Shown here: piece by piece, positions 35,611-43,369 of the stretch | Layout of the letters: each line of letters begins with the position of its first letter | Position numbering within the stretch: the stretch's first letter is position 1 | NCBI GenBank assembly: GCA_964654805.1 | Contig: CAZZJU010000001.1 | Location: 1 to 43,369, forward strand | Length of the DNA stretch: 43,369 nt | Source of the DNA: an uncultured Thermotogae bacterium | Lineage (GTDB): Bacteria > Bipolaricaulota > Bipolaricaulia > UBA7950 > UBA9294 | Reading direction: 5' to 3' | The notes under the pieces: model-generated | The model's database searches: none | What the model was told of the DNA's origin: nothing | The model's input: the letters and a program-made list of their open reading frames with translations, nothing else | Program-made: the position numbers and the translations under genes

Positions 35611-37687
35611 GGGCACGCTGTTTGTCACTTCGATTTGTATTGTAGTGACTAACATTGTATGGGGAGGAATGTTAGTGGGAGCTTATCAACTGGATTTGAA
35701 TAATTTAAATCTCCATTGGAAAGACCCGATTTATTTATCATATGCTGCTGATAATAGCCAAACAAATTATTTTCTCGACCAAGGGTATGACTTAGTATTT
35801 AACTCAAACTTTGGAGTTAGTTTTAAAACAACCAAAGTAGGAATATTGGGGCTGTTATTCGGTGTTAACACAGATATCGTTCCTCTAGATTCATACTATA
35901 GCCCTCCTATAATCAAGAGGACTTATAATGATATTGTAGAACTTAATTATTGTCCAGTAAGAGATTTAGCAGTAAACGAAATATTTTACGTAGCATCATC
36001 GTCTATTGCTTATCGACGGATAATCATAACTAATATTTCAAACCAAGAGTTAGTAGTACACATTCTTGCACTATTTCAGAAATTACCATTTGCTATGATG
36101 TTAGCGAATAAGCTCGTGGATGGTTTTGAATTCCCAATTTCAATTCCACCTGACAGCTGGCAGAAACATAACTTGGATCAGTATGAAGGGCACTTCCAGG
36201 CAGCTTTTATGAGCAAAGAACTAACCACAAAATCAGTCTACAGTGGAATTTGGGATCTTCAATTACAAACCGGGAGTGAGAGTATTCCGATATCTACGGC
36301 ACGCCGTGGCTCATTGTTAGTTCTTGGAAAACGTGCACTTCTGCAGCCAGGTGAAACGCAAACCTTTTATGTGATGTGGTGGAAAGGCGATAGAGGAGAG
36401 CAGCCACCTAACGTTGACACATTGGAGAACGGAAATTTAGAAGAAATATTCGCGATTAGGCATAAGTTGTATTCCCATGCTATGGGAAAATTGGCAGCAG
36501 AGGATCGTGAGCAAGCACTAGTTGGTTTCTCCTCTCTTCTTTTACTACGAGAACAGTTCATGCAAGCAGAAAATAGACTGCCTTACAACTATTACTTGTT
36601 CTCCCGCGAGCCAACTTGGGGATGGGGACATGCTGGCCAAGTGTTTCATGAAAGCATCGGTACTATTGCCTACGCGAATTTAGATGCCCATGGAGCAATA
36701 GACTCTCAACGCAATTTTTTCGCTATGCAGGATAACAATGGATACATCCCGTATCGCATTGGCCCTTATTTACGAGAGACAATAGACGGAAATACATCTT
36801 CAGCTCCTTTACTTAATTGGGAAAATTGGAAGATATACCAGATTACGCATGATAGAGAATTCCTTAAAGAAGCTTATTACCATGGAGCTCGGTTCTATGA
36901 ATGGTGGGAATGCTATCGCGATAAAGACCGTGATGGATTGTGTGAATGGGGGGGAAATCCAATATTGGAGTGTCTGCGCGATTCTCACAACGTTGTGTTT
37001 CAGCAGGTTTTAAACGGCAATCGTAAGAAGATATCTGCGTTGGAGGCCCTTGATTTGAACTGCTTCTTAGTGCGAGAAGCAGAAGCGCTTTCTTATATGG
37101 CAAAGGAACTGGGGTTAGTCGCTGCGGAAAAATGGCGTAATAAAGCAGAAACACGTAAAGAGTTAATCAATAATACTTTTTGGGACCCTAATACGGCGTT
37201 TTATTACCACGCTGATATGGCTACGAACGAAATACGACCGGAATTGAAGCGTAAGGAAATGATAGCGTTTCTAACCCTGTGGGCGCATGTTGCTAACCAA
37301 CGTCAAGCGCAATTATTGGTGAAGCAATTAACAGATCCCAATGTGTTCTGGCGAAGATACGGTGTATCTAGTATAGCGGCTGACGATCCTTATTACACTC
37401 CCAGTACTGGTGCTTGTAAATGGAACGGCCCCGTCTGGCCTCAATGGCAATATCTAATATTTGAAGGCTTATTGGACTATGGGTATGTGGATATAGCGAA
37501 AGCTTTACTGAGAAAACTTTTTAAGGCAATTGCTTATTGGTTAGTTAAAAGCCATAAATTTTGGGAGCAATATAACCCCGATCAGATCACAGAACAAAAA
37601 TCGCATAAAGATTATTACTGGACCGGCATTATATTTGAGATGTTACGAGCTATATACCAGAAAAGAGAAGGTGGTGTAGTACAGTGA
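35594..37687 (+). CDS. Glycoside hydrolase, (alpha/alpha)6-barrel GH63/GH37-like, with N-terminal signal anchor
   Basis: Motifs include NGYIPYRIGP, DRDGLCEWGG, LDLNCFLVREAEAL, FWDPNTAFYYHAD and KWNGPVWPQWQYLIFEGLLDYGY. ATG at 35594 follows GGAGG; alternative starts are 35582 and 35675. The N-terminus is hydrophobic (LFVTSICIVVTNIVWGGMLVG). Confidence 0.75.
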   Translation: MRLETRGTLFVTSICIVVTNIVWGGMLVGAYQLDLNNLNLHWKDPIYLSYAADNSQTNYFLDQGYDLVFNSNFGVSFKTTKVGILGLLFGVNTDIVPLDSYYSPPIIKRTYNDIVELNYCPVRDLAVNEIFYVASSSIAYRRIIITNISNQELVVHILALFQKLPFAMMLANKLVDGFEFPISIPPDSWQKHNLDQYEGHFQAAFMSKELTTKSVYSGIWDLQLQTGSESIPISTARRGSLLVLGKRALLQPGETQTFYVMWWKGDRGEQPPNVDTLENGNLEEIFAIRHKLYSHAMGKLAAEDREQALVGFSSLLLLREQFMQAENRLPYNYYLFSREPTWGWGHAGQVFHESIGTIAYANLDAHGAIDSQRNFFAMQDNNGYIPYRIGPYLRETIDGNTSSAPLLNWENWKIYQITHDREFLKEAYYHGARFYEWWECYRDKDRDGLCEWGGNPILECLRDSHNVVFQQVLNGNRKKISALEALDLNCFLVREAEALSYMAKELGLVAAEKWRNKAETRKELINNTFWDPNTAFYYHADMATNEIRPELKRKEMIAFLTLWAHVANQRQAQLLVKQLTDPNVFWRRYGVSSIAADDPYYTPSTGACKWNGPVWPQWQYLIFEGLLDYGYVDIAKALLRKLFKAIAYWLVKSHKFWEQYNPDQITEQKSHKDYYWTGIIFEMLRAIYQKREGGVVQ

Positions 37688-38673
37688 AAAACCGCACTCC
37701 ATTAGCAATAGCGGTGACAGGGAGTATGGTCCTATTTCTCCTTGTTTATTCTCTGGCTGTGTACGCTGCTGGGGAGAAGTCAGAGTATGGCACAGTTGGG
37801 AATGAGACGGTAATTATCTTCCACACTGAACACTTTGATGTGGAATTGGCAAAAAAATACGCCTCTTACAAATCTCTAATAATAAAATATCTAGAACAAG
37901 GTTATAGTATCTACTGTAAATATACAGGCTACGACATAAATGACGTTTCTCGCCGTATGGGGAACCGTCCTCGTTATCTTTTCCTGTTTCTTCTGCCGGA
38001 GGATATGTGGACCCCGGGATGGCAAGGAGGGCTCACTAGTGGAAACGTATCTCAAGTTACAGCGACTCTCTTACCCGGATTGAAACCTGAAGAAATTGAA
38101 AAGGGTAATCCTGCTCTTTCTATCATCTGGCATGAATTAGCTAATGGGTGGTCTAGCATTTACACCCATTATCCTGACGGGAGACCTAATTATGCTCCGT
38201 GGTGGTTTGCTTCCGAAGGGCATGCTGGATTCTTACGTCAGCATGCCATGGTGGATAGTGGCTGGCCAGTAGAACAAATAAGGGAATATAAGGTGGCACT
38301 TAGGGAGGTTGAGAAGTATCTTAGCGGAGAATCGTACGATCAGGGTCATGTATGTCATGTTTTGCTTCAAAGTCTGTGGGCAGAATATGGGTGGAATCTC
38401 TTCCGGGCCGTATACCATGCGATTCAGGAAGGGAAATTGTCTTTTCCTTACCCATTTGAAAAGAACAGTGTGATTAGGTCTTACTCGGTATTAATTCGCT
38501 TTCTTTCCGAAACTGCGGGTAGGAATTTAATACCTTTCTTTGCGCAGTTTAGGATCAAGGTGGACCGAGAAACGCAAGAGGCATTAGCAAAGTTGCCGAT
38601 AGCGAATATTCCTGTAGAACACAGCGTGCTAGTAAAGAACCCTAGACATCCATTACAAACAAAAAATGAATAA
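37684..38673 (+). CDS. Hypothetical secreted/anchored protein with degenerate gluzincin-like motif
   Basis: It overlaps the GH gene stop by 4 nt (GTGA; GTG start at 37684, no in-frame ATG nearby). It has an N-terminal hydrophobic segment LAIAVTGSMVLFLLVYSLAVYAAG. It also carries IWHELANGW...WWFASEGHAGF. Confidence 0.6.
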   Translation: MKNRTPLAIAVTGSMVLFLLVYSLAVYAAGEKSEYGTVGNETVIIFHTEHFDVELAKKYASYKSLIIKYLEQGYSIYCKYTGYDINDVSRRMGNRPRYLFLFLLPEDMWTPGWQGGLTSGNVSQVTATLLPGLKPEEIEKGNPALSIIWHELANGWSSIYTHYPDGRPNYAPWWFASEGHAGFLRQHAMVDSGWPVEQIREYKVALREVEKYLSGESYDQGHVCHVLLQSLWAEYGWNLFRAVYHAIQEGKLSFPYPFEKNSVIRSYSVLIRFLSETAGRNLIPFFAQFRIKVDRETQEALAKLPIANIPVEHSVLVKNPRHPLQTKNE

Positions 38674-38702
38674 TGGGTATATAAGTTAACATACTTGATC
38701 AT

Positions 38703-38735
38703 AGGAGGTGATAAATTATGTAATTTGTTATGTAG
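38703..38735 (+). promoter_or_regulatory. Orphan perfect SD followed by two start-stop mini-ORFs
   Basis: AGGAGGTGAT (38703-38712) is followed by ATGTAA (38718-38723), a 6-nt gap, and then ATGTAG (38730-38735). The real SBP start lies about 66 nt downstream of the SD. Confidence 0.4.
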
Positions 38736-38778
38736 AACAGACGCTCACAGTTCTAACTAAACAAGGAGGTGCATCGCT

Positions 38779-40089
38779 GTGAAAAAGGTTAGATGGTCAA
38801 CTATAGTCACGGTGGGAAGTTTGGTCCTATTATTACTCGCTTTCTCCCTTACCGGTCTTGCCCAAGAGAAGATTAAGTTGAGAGTTACTTCGTGGGCAGG
38901 TGCGGAAGAGGCAGCAATGGACCAACAGATCATCGCAAAGTTTTTGGAAACACATCCTAACGTTGAAGTCTCATATGAGCCAATCTCTGACAACTATTAC
39001 CAAAAGATTTTGACAGATATTGCTGCCGGTACCCCCCCAGACGTGCTGCTTTTAGATGGTGAAATGGTCCCAACATTTACCGAAGAAAAGGGATTGCTGT
39101 TGAACCTAGCTCCTTACGCGGATAGGATGAAAGATAAACCGGGAGCAGATTTAAGTGCGTATTTCCCAAACGTACTGCAAATTGATACAGTCGGACATGC
39201 TGTATATGCATTTCCTAAAGACTTTACCCCAATAGTTATTTACTACAACAAGAAACTATTTGACAAATTTGGTGTCCCTTATCCCCCAAAGGATGAGTGG
39301 GACTGGAACCAGTTCATGGCAACGGTAAAAGCTCTGACTAGGGATACCAATGGTGATGGGAAAACAGATGTATGGGGGTTCCGCTACGTTAATTGGGTTG
39401 GCTACAATGTACCGTGGATTTGGGCTGGTGGCGGTGCAATAATGAATCCAGATCGGACTAAGTGTGAGGGATATCTCAATAGTCCAGCCACCGTTAAGAC
39501 AATGGAGTTCTTAATCAACCTCGTTAAGAACGGATACTCTCCCACTCCTGAGACACAGAAAGCATTTGGTGGTGGCGCCGCTATGTTCTACACGGGTAAG
39601 GTAGCAATGGCTACTTCGGGGCATTGGTGGCTTCCCTCAATTTACGCTCAGATCAAGAAAGGTGCCGATCTTGACATCGGTATAGCTCCTATACCGCATA
39701 ATCCTGGCGGCAAAAATCCTACAGTAATTTATGAGTCCGGTTGGGCTGTCCCCAAATCTGTCAAAAACCGGAAACTGGCTGTGGAACTAGCGGCATGGCT
39801 CTCGGGACCATACGCACAGAAAGTTCGGACTGCAAATGGTTTAGCTATCTCTGCAATCAAGAGCATCGCTGAAGAGCAAGCGGCTAGCTCGGAATTAGAA
39901 CGGACGTTCATGAATATCGTGAAGGACGGCCGTCCCACTCTTGGATCTGAAACGAAGTTCTATCGCCCTCTTATAGAGGACACAATGGACGAGGCGATCG
40001 ATAAGGTTTTGGTCAAGGGCTGGACAGTGCAGCAAGCGCTGGATTGGGCAGCTAAGACCATCGATAAAACGATAGAGGAACGTTTGTAA
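38779..40089 (+). CDS. Sugar ABC substrate-binding protein (family 1, CUT1 type)
   Basis: GTG at 38779 is preceded by AAGGAGGTG. It has signal peptide MKKVRWSTIVTVGSLVLLLLAFSLTGLAQE. Its 436 aa and composition are typical of family 1. Confidence 0.88.
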   Translation: MKKVRWSTIVTVGSLVLLLLAFSLTGLAQEKIKLRVTSWAGAEEAAMDQQIIAKFLETHPNVEVSYEPISDNYYQKILTDIAAGTPPDVLLLDGEMVPTFTEEKGLLLNLAPYADRMKDKPGADLSAYFPNVLQIDTVGHAVYAFPKDFTPIVIYYNKKLFDKFGVPYPPKDEWDWNQFMATVKALTRDTNGDGKTDVWGFRYVNWVGYNVPWIWAGGGAIMNPDRTKCEGYLNSPATVKTMEFLINLVKNGYSPTPETQKAFGGGAAMFYTGKVAMATSGHWWLPSIYAQIKKGADLDIGIAPIPHNPGGKNPTVIYESGWAVPKSVKNRKLAVELAAWLSGPYAQKVRTANGLAISAIKSIAEEQAASSELERTFMNIVKDGRPTLGSETKFYRPLIEDTMDEAIDKVLVKGWTVQQALDWAAKTIDKTIEERL

Positions 40090-40104
40090 AGAAAGCACCT
40101 AACC

Positions 40105-40138
40105 GCCGGGGGGGCTGCTCTTGCGTAGTCTCCCCGGC
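40105..40138 (+). promoter_or_regulatory. Stem-loop directly after the sugar SBP gene
   Basis: GCCGGGG-20 nt-CCCCGGC forms a 7-bp GC stem. The ORF-track TTG start of the next gene (40121) lies inside its loop. Confidence 0.45.
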
Positions 40139-42787
40139 ATAAAAAGCATGGACAGAGCTTCAATGAAGACGAGTAAAGTTCTTATTATAATAGGGTTAAT
40201 AGGTGTAGTAATTGTCACCAGTGCTTGGCTCCTTTGCTTGCAAACGCGAAATAAAATTCTGGTGGCGTACAGAATATCTAGAGAAACTGAAGCGAAAGTT
40301 ATCAATGGTGTATATGAAAATTATATTGACAACTTAAATCGTAATGTGTATGCAGCAGCCGAACAGTTGTCTTTAGCAGCAAACGAGCAGCCTCAATTTG
40401 AAGAGTGGACTAACTACGTTGCAACCTCGCCGAATATCAAAAAATTATTCCTCAGGGCATGGTGGTTGTCTCCGGATGGTAAAGTGCTATACGCAACTAG
40501 TAAAGACCAACTATTTACGGAGGATTTTGCTTCTGACCCGATGTTCTCATCTGCTGAAGAAGGAGTAGTATACTCGGATTTATATACAGGTAATAAAACA
40601 GTTTATCTACGAACAATTTGTCCAGTTGTGCTACAAGACCAACATTATTTATTGGTAATAGATACTCGGTTTGGCACTAATTTTGTTAACAGTGTAAGGA
40701 AATTAGTCGAAGAAGATGTTGCTTTTCTATATGGATACAAGATATTCGCTGCTTCTTCCCCAAGGCTGCTTAGTACAAATTTCCAGATCCCGATCAAATT
40801 TCTAAACTCAGTCCGGGATAAACAAGAAGCTGGTTCGCAGACTGTAGAATTGGCGGGAGTAAAGTATTTAATAACAGCATATCCCGTCCTCGATTTCGAT
40901 GCGTGGGATACAAAAGGTTATATAGTACTTATACTCCCTGAGTCTACATTGATGTCAATAGTGCACAACATCTGGAAACAAATTCTACTCGGAATAGGGT
41001 TCTCTCTATTACTGTTAACCTTAGTAATATGCTACTTAACCCAGCGGGTTGCTAAGGTATTGATCAATAACGGGCATAAAGTAGCTAACACCGGATTCAA
41101 GCTACGGATGTGGCTTATAGCCTTTGTGGCTATTATACCAGTGATAGGCGTTCTTGTTTATGTCAGTTTTGTACCAGTGCCAACAATTATGGCGAAGTTT
41201 AATTCCGCACGCATCCGTATTAGTTCTCAGGAGATGGCTAACGTAGTATCAAAGCAAGCTGCTTTACTTACACAGGAGTATGCGTTGGAACCTAACGAGG
41301 CGAGTTCCCCACAGCAAGTACTTAAGCTGATAATGGCAGAAGGAGGGTTTGATTTCGCTGTTTTAGATCAAAAAGGAAAGATTACTACGGTGGGGTCATT
41401 GCCGACTAGCTATTTGCATTTGAAAGCAGACATTAGCCGAATATCGAATAATACTCCCCAACTAGTCGCAGGCAAGCACTGCGCTCTTTTCCTAGCCAAG
41501 GAGCTCTTTTCTACTGGTACTTTGATCTATGGATACGTTATAACGAAGGATTGGCTTAGAAAATTTGAGGATCGGGCCAATGCTGATCTAACTATATTTA
41601 TTGATGGAAAACCGATGGTCTCCACCGTGGAAACATGGACTCTTAGAACATTAAAACTTCTGTCCGGGGCTACGTGGAGAGGAAAGATATTACTCACTAA
41701 AGGCAAACTCAGGGATATATATCACGATATCGCGCTTATTCCGCTAACTCAGAGTGCGAAACCCCAGAAATTTGAATCCGTGTTGATGTTATCAGTGGAT
41801 GATACACCTTTCCAAAATAATATCACGAGTTATCACTTCACCGTTTTTGCCCTTATTCTTATAATTTTAAGTATTTTTTCCTTGTCGATTTTTGTGATGT
41901 TGAACGTTGATCGTCCACGGCTGCTCCGCTCAGTGTTCGTGGGGTATACATTCTTATCTCCTTCACTTATCCACCTGTTTTGGTGGGCAGTTGGCCCATT
42001 GCTATTCGCTGCTTATCTTGCCTTTCACCATTGGAGCATAATAAATCCTGCAAAGCCATTTGTAGGATTCGGCAACTTCATTGAATTAATGCATGATAAT
42101 ATATTTTGGCATTCTATGCTAAACACCGTTATTTATACACTGCAGGTACCTATTGGTATGGCATTATCTCTAGCAATCGCACTAGCCGTCAACCGTAAAG
42201 TGCGTGGGATTAGAGTGTTACGGACGGTGTACTATCTGCCAGCGGTTAGTTCATTAGTTGTTACGTCCATTATGTGGAGGTGGATATACAATCCGGATTT
42301 TGGAATTTTGAACTACCTGTTGGGCTTATTGGGGATTCCTAAGCTGCCATGGCTTACTTCTCCTTACATGGCAATGCCAGCGATTATGATCATGAGCATC
42401 TGGATGGTTATGGGCCAGCAGATGATCATTTTCCTTGCCGGGTTACAAAGCATCCCTCCTGAATATTATGATGCTGCTGGCGTTGACGGCGCTAATGCTT
42501 TTCAGCGGTTTTGGTATATTACTTTGCCTCTTTTGAAACCAACTACATTCTTTGTATTAGTGACGAGTGTAATAAGTTCATTTCAGGTGTTTACCCCAAT
42601 CTATGTATTGACTCAAGGAGGTCCGGTACGAAGCACAGATGTAGCTGTCTATCATATATGGCAAACCGCATGGCAGGAACTGCGAATGGGGTATGCTGCA
42701 GCAGAATCGTGGGTATTATTTGGCGTTATACTAGTATTTACTCTCATAGAGTTTAAATTATTAGGTAAAGAAATTAAATATGTCTGA
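40121..42787 (+). CDS. Fusion protein: two sensor-like extracytoplasmic domains (aa 1-599) plus a CUT1 sugar ABC permease (aa 600-888)
   Basis: It is one uninterrupted ORF. The start is uncertain (TTG 40121, ATG 40148 or ATG 40163). The permease part has the EAA loop LAGLQSIPPEYYDAAGVDGANAFQRFWYITLPLLKP. The N-terminal part has four TM helices flanking hydrophilic domains of about 245 aa and 220 aa. Confidence 0.75.
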   Translation: MRSLPGIKSMDRASMKTSKVLIIIGLIGVVIVTSAWLLCLQTRNKILVAYRISRETEAKVINGVYENYIDNLNRNVYAAAEQLSLAANEQPQFEEWTNYVATSPNIKKLFLRAWWLSPDGKVLYATSKDQLFTEDFASDPMFSSAEEGVVYSDLYTGNKTVYLRTICPVVLQDQHYLLVIDTRFGTNFVNSVRKLVEEDVAFLYGYKIFAASSPRLLSTNFQIPIKFLNSVRDKQEAGSQTVELAGVKYLITAYPVLDFDAWDTKGYIVLILPESTLMSIVHNIWKQILLGIGFSLLLLTLVICYLTQRVAKVLINNGHKVANTGFKLRMWLIAFVAIIPVIGVLVYVSFVPVPTIMAKFNSARIRISSQEMANVVSKQAALLTQEYALEPNEASSPQQVLKLIMAEGGFDFAVLDQKGKITTVGSLPTSYLHLKADISRISNNTPQLVAGKHCALFLAKELFSTGTLIYGYVITKDWLRKFEDRANADLTIFIDGKPMVSTVETWTLRTLKLLSGATWRGKILLTKGKLRDIYHDIALIPLTQSAKPQKFESVLMLSVDDTPFQNNITSYHFTVFALILIILSIFSLSIFVMLNVDRPRLLRSVFVGYTFLSPSLIHLFWWAVGPLLFAAYLAFHHWSIINPAKPFVGFGNFIELMHDNIFWHSMLNTVIYTLQVPIGMALSLAIALAVNRKVRGIRVLRTVYYLPAVSSLVVTSIMWRWIYNPDFGILNYLLGLLGIPKLPWLTSPYMAMPAIMIMSIWMVMGQQMIIFLAGLQSIPPEYYDAAGVDGANAFQRFWYITLPLLKPTTFFVLVTSVISSFQVFTPIYVLTQGGPVRSTDVAVYHIWQTAWQELRMGYAAAESWVLFGVILVFTLIEFKLLGKEIKYV

Positions 42788-42802
42788 TGAGGAGGTGCCC
42801 CA

Positions 42803-43369
42803 GTGTTACACCGGAGAATCATGAATAAAACGTTACTTGGGGTAGCCTATTTGCTTATTGGCGCACTTGCTATTACTACGCTATTTCCATTTTTGTGGAT
42901 GGTTTCTACGTCGTTAATGAGCGAGATGGAAGTGTATAGCTTCCCTCCAAAGATTTTCCCTAGCCATCCTCAATGGTCCAACTATAAAGAAGCAATGACA
43001 ATGCTTCCATGGGGGTGGTTTTTCTTCAACACTATTGTCATGGCAGTAGCAGTAGTAATCGGTCAGCTGTTCATTGTTTCTACCGGGGCGTATGCACTAG
43101 CTCGGCTCCGTTTCCCTGGTCGTGATAAAGTGTTCATCTTCTTTTTGCTGTTTATGATGCTTCCGTCGGCAGTGACATTGATCCCTGGATTCCTCATACT
43201 TCACAGCATGGGATGGGTAGATACCTACTGGGCATTAATTATTCCAAATCTTGGTAATATTTGGGGAATGTTCCTTACTCGACAATACATGATGACACTC
43301 CCCAGCAGTTTGGAAGACGCAGCGCGTATAGATGGCGCATCGGAGTTTACGATCTATTGGAAAATAGTA
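42803..43369 (+). CDS. Sugar ABC permease (MalG/UgpE-like), 3' end outside the window
   Basis: It is not in the ORF track because no stop is reached. GTG at 42803 lies 5 nt after GAGGAGGTG, with an alternative ATG at 42821. The frame is open to the window end. It has TLFPFLWMVSTSL and the EAA loop start LPSSLEDAARIDGASEF. Confidence 0.85.
   Translation, partial: MLHRRIMNKTLLGVAYLLIGALAITTLFPFLWMVSTSLMSEMEVYSFPPKIFPSHPQWSNYKEAMTMLPWGWFFFNTIVMAVAVVIGQLFIVSTGAYALARLRFPGRDKVFIFFLLFMMLPSAVTLIPGFLILHSMGWVDTYWALIIPNLGNIWGMFLTRQYMMTLPSSLEDAARIDGASEFTIYWKIV

Overview
This is a gene-dense 43.4-kb bacterial-type window with strong AGGAGG ribosome-binding sites, sigma70-like promoters and many overlapping start/stop codons. 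I support about 41 CDS and one tRNA. I found no rRNA, CRISPR array, transposase, integrase or recognisable defence genes. All family calls come from motifs read by eye in the ORF translations; no searches were run.

Gene order:
- 1-4.55 kb, + strand, very GC-rich: aspartate kinase (5' end outside the window), asd, a HAD-like unknown, thrC, then a bidirectional terminator.
- 4.6-6.4 kb, - strand: an orphan 586-aa acidic protein built from about eight winged-helix-like repeats.
- 6.5-10.3 kb, - strand: GalE-like epimerase, WecB, PHP phosphoesterase, AEC transporter.
- 10.4-23.1 kb, - strand: two tandem Opp/Dpp-type peptide ABC loci. Operon A encodes SBP, two permeases, two ATPases and a 38-aa hydrophobic ORF. 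Operon B encodes a GntR regulator, a creatininase-family hydrolase, SBP, two permeases and a tungsten-type aldehyde:ferredoxin oxidoreductase (AOR), but no ATPases.
- 23.4-27.1 kb, + strand, divergent from operon A: a Memo-like unknown, isoaspartyl dipeptidase, aspartate racemase, Fpg.
- 27.1-27.7 kb, - strand: a membrane-anchored unknown.
- 27.9-30.0 kb, + strand: a GC-rich four-cluster ferredoxin plus a second AOR, ending 6 nt from the 3' end of tRNA-Thr(CGU).
- 30.2-34.4 kb, + strand: rqcH, an M50 protease, tig, clpP.
- 34.5-43.4 kb, + strand: an AT-rich sugar-utilisation cluster. It holds LacI, a GH63/GH37-like hydrolase, a secreted unknown, SBP, an 888-aa permease with about 600 aa of sensor-like domains fused to its N-terminus, and a second permease that runs off the window.

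Most notable observations:
- The sensor-domain/ABC-permease fusion.
- A possible isoAsp/D-Asp damaged-peptide salvage regulon tied together by an 18-nt operator-like sequence found identically at two promoters, with a 15/16 variant at a third.
- The multi-winged-helix orphan protein.
- Orphan perfect Shine-Dalgarno (SD) elements and start-stop mini-ORFs in leader regions.
- A strongly mosaic base composition, which could reflect horizontal transfer or an assembly chimera.
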